Source: Minisyncoccota bacterium (lineage in GTDB: Bacteria; Patescibacteriota; Minisyncoccia; Phycocordibacterales; UBA5272). From it: 64,000 bases of DNA. Both the position numbers and the translations under genes were made by a program. The stretch is from the NCBI GenBank assembly GCA_046350775.1, contig JAXLZS010000001.1, positions 545,838 to 609,837 of the forward strand, written 5' to 3'. The stretch's first letter is position 1. The number at the start of each line of letters is the position of its first letter. Below, piece after piece: positions 31,766 through 40,736 of this stretch. The notes beneath the pieces were generated by a model. It was not told where the DNA came from, did not search any database, and was given only the letters and a program-made list of their open reading frames with translations.

Positions 31766-31903
31766 AAAATATTGTTTAACTTTTTAAAATAATCGCATGA
31801 GATAACTCGTGCGATTTTTATTTTGTGGACAACTTTTAAATTTTATGAGTTTTATAATGTTATAATTTATTTATAATTACCAACATTAAAATTTATAAAT
31901 AAT

Positions 31904-33673
31904 ATGTTTAAAAAAATCTTTATTGTAATTTTATTTATAGTAACAGCTATATTTATATCTCAACAATCATTCGCTGCATTTAATTTAAATAATAGCTGTA
32001 TTGCTACAAGTACATCGCAAACTTTGAGTGTAATTTCTCAAGATGATTTATCTGGCACAATCCCGCTTTGTATTATTGCCAATGCTAATTTTCCTGTTAA
32101 TGTAACAGATAATAATAGAAATACTGTATATACAACAAACACGTCCGGTACTAGTAACTTTAATTATCCAACTACAGGACAAATAACTTTCGCTACATCT
32201 TCCTTTGGAAAAGATCAAAGGTTTGATTTTTATATTTCCGATTCTGCAAGTAATTCAAGTAACGCTACAATTGTACTTACACCGATTCCTGTACCCATCA
32301 CCCTCACAGCAACAGATACCACTTCAGGCTTAGCTATAAAAAATGGTGATAGTATCAAGTTGGGCGATAGTGTCTCAATGAATTGTAAAAATGCGACAGA
32401 GCTTTATTATGACACCTCCTCTCCAAATTCACCAACAGTATCTGATTATACGGGAGCCAGTGGATATAATCTATCTCATTCAGTGGTCACGCCGCCACTA
32501 GGATCTCATACTATAGAGTGTGACAATATTGGCTATGGTGCGACAAGACAAGTTTTAACTTTTAATGTTGTTCAAGATAATATATCTGGATCAATATCTG
32601 CTCCAGACTGTACTATTGCTATAGGTGCTAGCAGCTGCAGCACTACAGTCACTTGGTCAACTACAAATCCAGGAAGCAATATATCAGGGGTAAGAAGTAA
32701 CACAAACGAAAGCGGGGCGACATCTTCTAATTTTGTAATATCAACTCCCGACAGAAATAATGGATCTGAAAGTGTTCAAATATCTTTCTTGGTACAAGGA
32801 TCTCATCAAGGAAGAAATTTTTATTTATATAATAATGGGACACAGCTCGCTCAAGCTACATCTGTAGCAAATTGTGTCGCTGGTAGCACATGGGATGGAA
32901 GTGTGTGTAAATCAGATTCTTCTTGTCCGCCTGGACAAAATAATATAAACGGTACATGTGGAGTCTGTCCAACAGGATCGACTTACGATTCTTCTGCAAG
33001 TAAGTGCGTCTGTGATAATAATGGAAATTATGTCGGAGTGGGTGGATCTTGTACAGGCAAGCCACCTGCACCTATTTGTAGTTTTACTGATGGTACATAC
33101 AATTTTGTAAAATGTGTAAATATACCTACATGTCCAGATGGAAATCCAGCAGAAGTCCACGTCATATCTTCTGATGGGTCAGATCAGATAGTCCCTCCAC
33201 CTTATACATTTGACTGGTCTTCTACACAATATATGTACAGATTTGTATGTCCAGCGAGTATTACAACATTACAGAGCGTCAATAGGCCATATACTCACTT
33301 TATAAATTTCAATGTCTCAGCAGGATATATTAAAAAAGGAACCGGTATAAATCTCAGCTGGATAGTCCAAGATCCTACATCTACTTGCAAGATTGTGGCT
33401 ACAGATATAAAGACAGGTGATACTTTATTTGATACATCTACAGACGCATCTTATAGCAAGATTAACAAATCGGTCACCACTTCTTCATCCACTTCACAGA
33501 TAAATAGGATTTCAAGTAGTAATTATAAGGCTCTAATAAATTCCCTTTATACTGTAAATCAGTCTACGAGATTTACAGCTAGCTGTATAAATCCCCCAAA
33601 TAGCAAGAATTATATGGTCGGTCTACACAAGCTTGTCCGTGATGTATATTTGACAGGAGAGTCAGAAAGATAG
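31904..33673 (+). CDS. Secreted Cys/Ser/Thr-rich surface protein
   Basis: Signal peptide MFKKIFIVIL...SFA; Ig-like segments and C-x-x-G...C Cys-rich repeats. Confidence 0.75.
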   Translation: MFKKIFIVILFIVTAIFISQQSFAAFNLNNSCIATSTSQTLSVISQDDLSGTIPLCIIANANFPVNVTDNNRNTVYTTNTSGTSNFNYPTTGQITFATSSFGKDQRFDFYISDSASNSSNATIVLTPIPVPITLTATDTTSGLAIKNGDSIKLGDSVSMNCKNATELYYDTSSPNSPTVSDYTGASGYNLSHSVVTPPLGSHTIECDNIGYGATRQVLTFNVVQDNISGSISAPDCTIAIGASSCSTTVTWSTTNPGSNISGVRSNTNESGATSSNFVISTPDRNNGSESVQISFLVQGSHQGRNFYLYNNGTQLAQATSVANCVAGSTWDGSVCKSDSSCPPGQNNINGTCGVCPTGSTYDSSASKCVCDNNGNYVGVGGSCTGKPPAPICSFTDGTYNFVKCVNIPTCPDGNPAEVHVISSDGSDQIVPPPYTFDWSSTQYMYRFVCPASITTLQSVNRPYTHFINFNVSAGYIKKGTGINLSWIVQDPTSTCKIVATDIKTGDTLFDTSTDASYSKINKSVTTSSSTSQINRISSSNYKALINSLYTVNQSTRFTASCINPPNSKNYMVGLHKLVRDVYLTGESER

Positions 33674-33699
33674 GTTAAAACTACAATTTGATTTTGAAT

Positions 33700-33732
33700 A
33701 TAAAAGCCACTCTTTTGAATGGCTTTTATTTT
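33700..33732 (+). terminator. Intrinsic terminator
   Basis: TAAAAGCCA...TGGCTTTTATTTT. Confidence 0.65.
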
Positions 33733-33836
33733 ATTTGACTTTATTTCTGATTTTTGCTAATATTGGAGTTAACAAATAAATCTATTTATTTAGTGTATTT
33801 TTTATACTGAAACGCTTGGTTTATTTTTAAAATATT

Positions 33837-34187
33837 ATGACAAGATCAGCAAAAAAAGGTCCATATGTGGATGAGAGAGTTTTGAAAAAAGTTCTCGGCA
33901 AAAAACCAGAAAATACTCCGGTTATTAAGACCTGGATTCGTTCATGTGTTATTTCACCAGAGATGGTTGGTTTTACTTTTGGTGTTTACAATGGTAAATC
34001 TCATATTGAATTTTTAGTATCAGAAGATATGGTCGGTCATAAATTGGGTGAATTTTCTCCAACACGTAAATTCGTGAGACACGGAGGAAAGATGCAAAAG
34101 GAAATCGATCAAAAAGCAAAGCAGTCTGAGATCGATGCAGCCAAGACAGCAAAAGCAGCCGCAGCTCCTGCCGCAAAGAAAAAATAA
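33837..34187 (+). CDS. rpsS: 30S ribosomal protein S19
   Basis: [31 protein letters not shown]. Confidence 0.98.
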   Translation: MTRSAKKGPYVDERVLKKVLGKKPENTPVIKTWIRSCVISPEMVGFTFGVYNGKSHIEFLVSEDMVGHKLGEFSPTRKFVRHGGKMQKEIDQKAKQSEIDAAKTAKAAAAPAAKKK

Positions 34188-34273
34188 TTAATCAAGCAAA
34201 AATAATATAGGTTTCCAATCAATTATTTAAAATAATGAAGACAGGAAAATAAAAATAAATTAATCGTAAAACT

Positions 34274-34609
34274 ATGAAAGCAATTTTACAAAATTACAGA
34301 CAAGCACCAAGAAAAACTGCACTTATTGCGGCCCTTATTCGTGGTAAAAGTGTAAAAGAGGCAAGAGTTATTTTAGCTCATCTTATCAAAAGAGGTGCAG
34401 CTCCAACTTTAAAGCTTCTCGAGTCAGCTGTAGCCAATGCTAAAGAAAATAATAAGATCAGTAATGTTGATAATTACATAATCTCAGCTTATGTAAATAA
34501 AGGAAAAGTTTTAAAAAGATGGATGCCAAGAGCTATGGGTAGAGCTTTTCCTATTCACAAGCACACTACTCACATGGTGATAGAGCTCAAGGAAGTAGTT
34601 AAAAAATAA
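34274..34609 (+). CDS. rplV: 50S ribosomal protein L22
   Basis: RQAPRK, LL.SAVANA, KR..PRAMGRA. Confidence 0.97.
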   Translation: MKAILQNYRQAPRKTALIAALIRGKSVKEARVILAHLIKRGAAPTLKLLESAVANAKENNKISNVDNYIISAYVNKGKVLKRWMPRAMGRAFPIHKHTTHMVIELKEVVKK

Positions 34610-34626
34610 TTTATTAAAATAAACTT

Positions 34627-35355
34627 ATGACACACATAGTAAATCCATATTCACATAGAATCGGTATCGTACGCGGATGGAAATCTCGCTGGTTTGGCTC
34701 AAAAGGAAATTATGTCTCAAATCTAAAAGGAGATGTACTACTTCGTGAGTATTTAAACAAAAGATTGCGTGGTTTTTATGTGGGAGGTGTAGAAATAGAA
34801 AGAAGTCAAAAAGAGTTTAGAGTTATAATTCACACTTCTCGTCCTGGTATGATAATTGGTCGTGGTGGAGACGGTATTGAAAAATTAAGAAAGGATATAG
34901 TTAAAGAAATGAAGAGAGTGAAGATTGATCTTCCTGCAAATTTCAAACTTGATATCGCAGAAGTGGCTTCGCCTGAGGCTTCAGCAGCAATTGTGGGAGC
35001 TATGGTTGCTGAGCAAATTGAAAAAAGAATTCCTTTCAGAAGAGTTTTAAAGACTACTATTGAAAAGGTGATGGCAAATCGTAATGTCCTAGGAGCTCGT
35101 ATAGTCGTCTCTGGTCGTCTCGGAGGCGCTGAAATGGCTCGTACCGAGCAGATTAGAAAAGGAGGTATTCCTCTACAAACACTTCGCGCTGATATTGATT
35201 TCGCAAAAGAAAGAGCAAATATGGCCTATGGAGTTATCGGTATCAAGGTTTGGATTTATCGTGGTATGAAATATGAAAAAGATGCACACTTGCAAACTCT
35301 TTCTGCCGCAAATGGAGAAACAAAACAAAATTTTTCTGAAAGAAGAAAAAGATAA
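34627..35355 (+). CDS. rpsC: 30S ribosomal protein S3
   Basis: RPG.IIGR.G, SGRLGGAEMAR, PLQTLRADID, YGVIGIKVWI. Confidence 0.98.
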   Translation: MTHIVNPYSHRIGIVRGWKSRWFGSKGNYVSNLKGDVLLREYLNKRLRGFYVGGVEIERSQKEFRVIIHTSRPGMIIGRGGDGIEKLRKDIVKEMKRVKIDLPANFKLDIAEVASPEASAAIVGAMVAEQIEKRIPFRRVLKTTIEKVMANRNVLGARIVVSGRLGGAEMARTEQIRKGGIPLQTLRADIDFAKERANMAYGVIGIKVWIYRGMKYEKDAHLQTLSAANGETKQNFSERRKR

Positions 35356-35377
35356 TTATTAATTTAAAAATAAATTT

Positions 35378-35800
35378 ATGTTATTCCCAAAAAAAGTAAA
35401 ACATCGTAAATGGCAATCACAGAGATCTTCTCCAAAGAAAGAATCTCGTCCTGAGACAAAAGGTATCACTGTAGCTTTTGGTTCTTTCGGTCTAAAAGCT
35501 GAAACTGATAAAAGAGTCACAAGTAATCAGATTGAGGCAGCACGTCGCGCCATGGTCCGCTCTGGAGGAAAGACTGCGAAGTTTTGGATTCGTATTTTCC
35601 CTGACAGACCTTTCACTCAAAAGGGTGCTGAGGTGCCTATGGGTAAAGGAAAAGGAGATCCAAAAGGATATTGTTTTGATGTGAGACCAGGAAGAATCCT
35701 TTTTGAAATAGACGGTGTGCCAGAAGCAGCTGCTAGAGAGGCTCTTCGCAAAGCTGGTACAAAGCTTCCAGTGAAGACAAAGGTAGTAGCAAGAAATTAA
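35378..35800 (+). CDS. rplP: 50S ribosomal protein L16
   Basis: QIEAARR, WIRIFPD.P.T.K, MGKGKG, KLPVKT. Confidence 0.98.
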   Translation: MLFPKKVKHRKWQSQRSSPKKESRPETKGITVAFGSFGLKAETDKRVTSNQIEAARRAMVRSGGKTAKFWIRIFPDRPFTQKGAEVPMGKGKGDPKGYCFDVRPGRILFEIDGVPEAAAREALRKAGTKLPVKTKVVARN

Positions 35801-35816
35801 TTCAAGAAAACAAACC

Positions 35817-35845
35817 TTGAAAAATAACAAAAAATTTAGTATATT
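35817..35845 (+). promoter_or_regulatory. sigma70-like promoter occupying the rpmC slot
   Basis: TTGAAA-17 nt-TATATT, ending 9 nt before the rpsQ ATG. Confidence 0.5.
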
Positions 35846-35854
35846 TAAAAAACT

Positions 35855-36109
35855 ATGAACAAACAAACAACAACTAAAAATAGAAAAAAGATCGATGGAG
35901 TAGTCGTCTCTGACAAAATGGATAAAACCGTTGTTGTTAATGCTCAAAGATTTGTAAAGCATAAAAAATACGGCAAATTCTATAAGATAGATAAAAAATA
36001 CAAAGCTCATGATGAAAACAATGAGTACAAAGTTGGAGATAAAGTCACTATTGAGGAGACTAGACCAATTAGTAAAGATAAGAACTTTAAAGTCTTAAAA
36101 AAGAGATAA
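35855..36109 (+). CDS. rpsQ: 30S ribosomal protein S17
   Basis: [34 protein letters not shown]. Confidence 0.98.
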   Translation: MNKQTTTKNRKKIDGVVVSDKMDKTVVVNAQRFVKHKKYGKFYKIDKKYKAHDENNEYKVGDKVTIEETRPISKDKNFKVLKKR

Positions 36110-36131
36110 TTAATAATTAATTTATAAATAT

Positions 36132-36512
36132 ATGTTACAAGCAGGATCAAATGTAAAAATCACAGACAACTCTGGCGCAAAGCTCGGTAGAATTTTCAAA
36201 GTTCTTGGAGGCTCAAAGAGAAGATATGCAAGTATCGGGGATCTTGTTTGTCTATCTATTAAAGTCGCTGACCCTAGAAAGCAAGTCAAAAAGAAAGACG
36301 TGGTTTATGGTATTGTTGTGCGTACTTCAAAAGAATTTCGTAGAAAGGATGGATCCTATATTCGTTTTGATGACAACGCTGTCGTGATAGTAGACAAGAC
36401 CAAAAAGGATCCAAAAGCGAGTCGTGTCTTTGGTCCAATTCCAAAAGAAATCTCAGAAAGTAAAAATGAGAATATTAAAAAGATAGCTACAATGGCCCCA
36501 GAAGTCATCTAA
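36132..36512 (+). CDS. rplN: 50S ribosomal protein L14
   Basis: DNSGAK, VLGGSKR.YA, RKDGS.IRFDDNA, RVFGP. Confidence 0.98.
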   Translation: MLQAGSNVKITDNSGAKLGRIFKVLGGSKRRYASIGDLVCLSIKVADPRKQVKKKDVVYGIVVRTSKEFRRKDGSYIRFDDNAVVIVDKTKKDPKASRVFGPIPKEISESKNENIKKIATMAPEVI

Positions 36513-36532
36513 TATATTTAAATAATAAATTT

Positions 36533-36748
36533 ATGCAAATCAAAAAAGGAGATAAAGTTATAATATTGACTGGTAAAGACAAAGGTAAATCTGGTACTGT
36601 GTCTAAGTCTATGCCAAAAGAAAACAAAGTCATCGTCGATGGTCTTAATCTTGTAAAACGTCACAAAAAAGCTAGAAAGCAAGGTGAAAAAGGGGTGATA
36701 GTCGAAGTCTCATCTCCTATAAATGCAAGTAATGTCAAAAAGGCATAA
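36533..36748 (+). CDS. rplX: 50S ribosomal protein L24 (short, 71 aa)
   Basis: IKKGD.V....GKDKGK.G.V (KOW motif), V.VDG.N, PI.ASNV. Confidence 0.95.
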   Translation: MQIKKGDKVIILTGKDKGKSGTVSKSMPKENKVIVDGLNLVKRHKKARKQGEKGVIVEVSSPINASNVKKA

Positions 36749-36779
36749 TAATAAAATATAGAGATTTAATTATAAATAT

Positions 36780-37346
36780 ATGAAAGAAGAATCAAAAAAA
36801 GTAAACTATAAAGTAAAAGCTAAAGTCGCGGAAGCATATGAAGTAATGAAAAAAGATTTTCATTATAAAAATAAATTGCAAGCTCCAAGACTTGTAAAAA
36901 TCTCTGTTGCCGTAGCTACTGGTAGAGCAATGAAGCAAGATAAAAAGAAAAATGAATTTGTGATTGGCAGACTAACAAAGATTGTCGGACAAAGAGCTGT
37001 AGAGAGACAAGCAAAGAAAGCTATAGCTTCTTACAAGACTCGTATCGGCGACAAGATCGGTGTGGCTGTCACACTTCGCGGTCCAAGAATGTATGGATTT
37101 TTAGAGAAACTTTTAAATGTCTCTCTTCCTCGTACAAAAGACTTTCGTGGTATTTCAAAGAATTCAGTTGATCAGATTGGAAATCTTACTTTTGGTATAA
37201 AAGAGCATACTATCTTCCCAGAGATTCGTGATGAAGAACTAAAAGATATTTTTGGTATGGCTATCACAATTGTGACTACAGCTAAAAATAAAGAAGAGGC
37301 TACAAGATTTTTTGAAGTGATTGGTGTCCCATTCAAAAAAGATTAA
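36780..37346 (+). CDS. rplE: 50S ribosomal protein L5
   Basis: PRL.KI, VTLRG.RMY.FL, LPR.KDFRG, GN.TFGIKEH.IFPEI. Confidence 0.98.
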   Translation: MKEESKKVNYKVKAKVAEAYEVMKKDFHYKNKLQAPRLVKISVAVATGRAMKQDKKKNEFVIGRLTKIVGQRAVERQAKKAIASYKTRIGDKIGVAVTLRGPRMYGFLEKLLNVSLPRTKDFRGISKNSVDQIGNLTFGIKEHTIFPEIRDEELKDIFGMAITIVTTAKNKEEATRFFEVIGVPFKKD

Positions 37347-37367
37347 TATAAAAATAATTTAAAAAAT

Positions 37368-37402
37368 AAAAAACCGCCATTCGTAATCGATAGGCGGTTT
37401 TT
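37368..37402. terminator. Bidirectional intrinsic terminator
   Basis: AAAAAACCGCC...GGCGGTTTTT between convergent genes. Confidence 0.8.
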
Positions 37403-37424
37403 GCTTGGCAAGTAATTAAAAAAA

Positions 37425-37763
37425 TTAAGAAGCAAGCATAATTTTTTTCGGTCGTTTTTTTACAACCCTTTGTAATCCTTCGCCGAGCTGAATCTTGCGA
37501 ACCGCTTCCATGAATTGATGGATTGCAAAGTCAAAAGCTCTGTAAACATCAAAATCTTTTTTCTGAGCAATAACTGTTTTGGTTTTTTCACCAATTACAG
37601 TCACAACTTTTTTTCTTTTTTGTGTCCTGTGATGGTTTTTGCCAATCCGCAACCCTTTCGTTGTAACATAAAATGTTTCGTGTCCAAGCTGAGAAAGAAT
37701 TTCGTTGCAATAGTTGATTTCAGCTTGTTTTCTGTTCTCTAAAAAGAGTTTTTTGATCTTCAT
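37425..37763 (-). CDS. Small basic protein, possibly divergent HPF/RaiA-like
   Basis: Own promoter TTGACT-17-TATACT. GKNHH...DVYRAFD.A..Q resembles the RaiA D.Y.AID helix. Confidence 0.55.
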   Translation of the reverse strand: MKIKKLFLENRKQAEINYCNEILSQLGHETFYVTTKGLRIGKNHHRTQKRKKVVTVIGEKTKTVIAQKKDFDVYRAFDFAIHQFMEAVRKIQLGEGLQRVVKKRPKKIMLAS

Positions 37764-37905
37764 CTCAAAAGATTTAATAGATTTAAAAAAATGAAAAAAA
37801 AGTACGACAACTGAAATTTTTCAGTTGGAAAAACAGTATACCAGCTATTTAAAATAAAGTCAAATGAAAATCCTCCGATTATCTATCGGAGGATTCCAAA
37901 GTTTT

Positions 37906-38229
37906 TTAAGCAGTTTCTTTTCTTAAAACTGGTCTCACAAAAGTTTTTTTTTCATTGGTGATGATTTTAGCCCGTTTTTTATAACCGGTCTTTCTGCTTG
38001 CAATTTCAAGAGCTTTCTTGTGTGCAAGATGCTCCAATTTATCGCTGCCTACAATCGGTCTGACTGAAGAATGAATTTTTATGTAACAATAGCAGATTCC
38101 TTTTTTCTTACTATTAGTCACTATCAATTTTTTCTTATCAGGATTTGATTTTGTACTGTTGTGCCATTCTTCAAATTCTAATAAGGCTTTTGCAATTTTG
38201 TCATGTTCGTTCAAGTGTGGTCTGTTCAT
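37906..38229 (-). CDS. Small basic hypothetical protein
   Basis: Own promoter TTGACA-16-TATACT and a downstream hairpin at 37869-37895. Confidence 0.6.
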   Translation of the reverse strand: MNRPHLNEHDKIAKALLEFEEWHNSTKSNPDKKKLIVTNSKKKGICYCYIKIHSSVRPIVGSDKLEHLAHKKALEIASRKTGYKKRAKIITNEKKTFVRPVLRKETA

Positions 38230-38355
38230 GCTTATTGTTTTTTATGGGTTAAAGAACGTTGATTTGGATAAGTAGTATATCAGATAAAAATATTATGTCA
38301 AATTAAGAAAATTTTCAAAATTCTATTTAATTTTTTAAAATGATATAATTTTAAA

Positions 38356-40683
38356 ATGATTTCAAAATCTTCCAATAATATTAATTTAGATACAGAAATT
38401 TCTAAAATTACCAGACTTTCAAAAGATCACCTCGCTGCTCTTAAAAAGTTGAATTTAAAAACTTTACAAGATCTTTTAAACTATTTACCAGCTCGCTATG
38501 CTGACGAAAGAGAAAATAGAAATATAAATAATTTAAATAAAGGAGAGTCGGTCATTCTTTTTGGAGAAATAAAAAATCTAAAAATAAAAAGAAGCTTTCA
38601 TGGTCATATACCTATGTGCGAAGCAAAACTCGTCGATGCTACAGGTAGTATAAAGCTGGTCTGGTTTCATCAAGCCTATATCGCTAAGATGTATCAAGAA
38701 GATGACTTTGTAAAAGTCTCTGGAATTGTACAAGAAAAAAATGGAAATATATCTTTACTAAATCCAAATATAGAGAAAGTCAGCAGAGATCATATTTTTT
38801 ATGAAAATAATATTTTTGAAAAAAAGGAAGATAGTAAAAATCAGATAGAGTTAATTCCTATATACAAAGAAACAAAAGGTCTAACTTCGAATTATATTCA
38901 TACTCTCATAAAAAAAGCTATCTTAGAATATAAAATTCTAGATGAAGTCAAGAATTCTGATCCTATACCAAAAAATATTTTGGAAGATTTTCATTTGCCA
39001 ACTCTAGACAAAGCTTATCTCTATTTACATTTACCAAAAGCAAAAAATCTGAAATTAGCTGAGAGTCAAGTACTGGTTGCTAGAAAAAGATTTTCTTTTC
39101 AAGAAATATTTTATATTCAAATAATAAAGCAGATAGAAAAGCAAAAAGCTAAAAACAGTCTTTCTTACAAAATATCAGACTCCAAAAACATTTTACAGGA
39201 ATTTATCTTAAAAGTGGAATCACAAAATAAATTTAGACTCACTTCTGCTCAGACTAGAGCTTTGAAAGTATTGTCTGAAGATATTCAAAAAGAAGAGCCT
39301 ATGAGTAGATTGCTAGAAGGTGATGTAGGAAGCGGAAAGACTCTTGTCGCGGCAGCCATATCTAGTATTGTGACTCACGATATAAACAGAGACAATATTA
39401 CGAGAAAGAGACTCCAAGTAGCATATATGGCACCGACAGAGATTTTAGCAACTCAACATTTTGAATCTTTCCAAAGATTTTTTTCTGATACTGGTATCGA
39501 GATTGCTCTTTTGACGGGTAAAACCTGTAAAAAATTTCCAAGCAAATCAAATCCAAAATCTAGTACAAATTTAGCAAAAAGTCAGATTAAAAAAATGGTT
39601 GAGTCTGGCGACATATCTATTGTTATAGGTACTCACGCACTGATACAAAAAACTTTATCATTTCACGATCTTGCTCTCGCTATCATAGATGAGCAACACA
39701 GATTTGGAGTAAAGCAGCGTGCGGCACTTGCAAACAAAAAATCTTCTTCAGTAAAAGTCCTTGCAGCTAATGATATTAAAAATCTTTCAAATAAAAGACA
39801 AAAAATCGTTTTACAAAAAGAAAAGCTACCACATCTTTTATCTATGACTGCGACACCGATACCGAGGACTCTCGCTTTGACTATTTTTGGAGATCTAGAT
39901 TTGACAGTCTTGGATGAGCTTCCAAAAAATAGAAAGCCGATACAAACAAAAATCATAAATGAAAGCGACAGAGAAAAGATTTACAAAGAAATAAAAAAAG
40001 AAATAGAGTCTGGGTATCAAGTATATATCATTGTCCCTCGCATAGATGAAGCTGATGAGGAAGAGATGCAAAAAGCTAAAAAATTAAATCTAAGATCTAC
40101 TGCTAGTGAGCTGAAAAATTTGAAAGAGTTTTTTATCGAAAAAGAAAAAATGGATATAAAAATTGTCTCGATTCATTCTAAATTAAAGAAAGAAGAAAAA
40201 GAAAAAATAATGGAAGATTTTTCTGAAAATAAAATTCAGATTTTGATTTCTACATCTATTGTGGAGGTAGGTGTAAATGTTCCAAATGCTACTCGTATGA
40301 TAATAGAAGGGGCTGAGAGATTTGGACTCGCACAGCTTCATCAGCTTCGTGGACGTATTGGTCGTGGAGAAAGAGAGAGTATATGTTATCTTTTTACAAA
40401 TTCAGATTCTGATATCACAGCTGAGAGACTATCATCACTAATGAAAGCGAAAAATGGATTTGAATTAGCAGAGCTTGATCTTAATCAGCGTGGTATCGGG
40501 TCTCTACTGTCTGGCAAACAATGGGGAGTATCAGATCTTGCAATGGAAGCTATAAAGAATATTAAATTGGTCGAAGCTGCTCGAGAAGAAGCAAAAAAAA
40601 TAGTGGAGAAAGATATGGATTTAAAAAACCATCCACAACTCTCCAAGATAATTCTAGACAAAGAAAAAGCACATATGGAATAA
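38356..40683 (+). CDS. recG: ATP-dependent DNA helicase RecG
   Basis: RLLEGDVGSGKT, MAPTEILA.QH, IDEQHRFGV.QR, MTATPIPRTL, QLHQLRGR.GRG. Confidence 0.97.
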   Translation: MISKSSNNINLDTEISKITRLSKDHLAALKKLNLKTLQDLLNYLPARYADERENRNINNLNKGESVILFGEIKNLKIKRSFHGHIPMCEAKLVDATGSIKLVWFHQAYIAKMYQEDDFVKVSGIVQEKNGNISLLNPNIEKVSRDHIFYENNIFEKKEDSKNQIELIPIYKETKGLTSNYIHTLIKKAILEYKILDEVKNSDPIPKNILEDFHLPTLDKAYLYLHLPKAKNLKLAESQVLVARKRFSFQEIFYIQIIKQIEKQKAKNSLSYKISDSKNILQEFILKVESQNKFRLTSAQTRALKVLSEDIQKEEPMSRLLEGDVGSGKTLVAAAISSIVTHDINRDNITRKRLQVAYMAPTEILATQHFESFQRFFSDTGIEIALLTGKTCKKFPSKSNPKSSTNLAKSQIKKMVESGDISIVIGTHALIQKTLSFHDLALAIIDEQHRFGVKQRAALANKKSSSVKVLAANDIKNLSNKRQKIVLQKEKLPHLLSMTATPIPRTLALTIFGDLDLTVLDELPKNRKPIQTKIINESDREKIYKEIKKEIESGYQVYIIVPRIDEADEEEMQKAKKLNLRSTASELKNLKEFFIEKEKMDIKIVSIHSKLKKEEKEKIMEDFSENKIQILISTSIVEVGVNVPNATRMIIEGAERFGLAQLHQLRGRIGRGERESICYLFTNSDSDITAERLSSLMKAKNGFELAELDLNQRGIGSLLSGKQWGVSDLAMEAIKNIKLVEAAREEAKKIVEKDMDLKNHPQLSKIILDKEKAHME

Positions 40684-40736
40684 TTTTTTGTGTATAAAAA
40701 TAATTTATATAGATTTTTGTATGATAAAATTAAATC

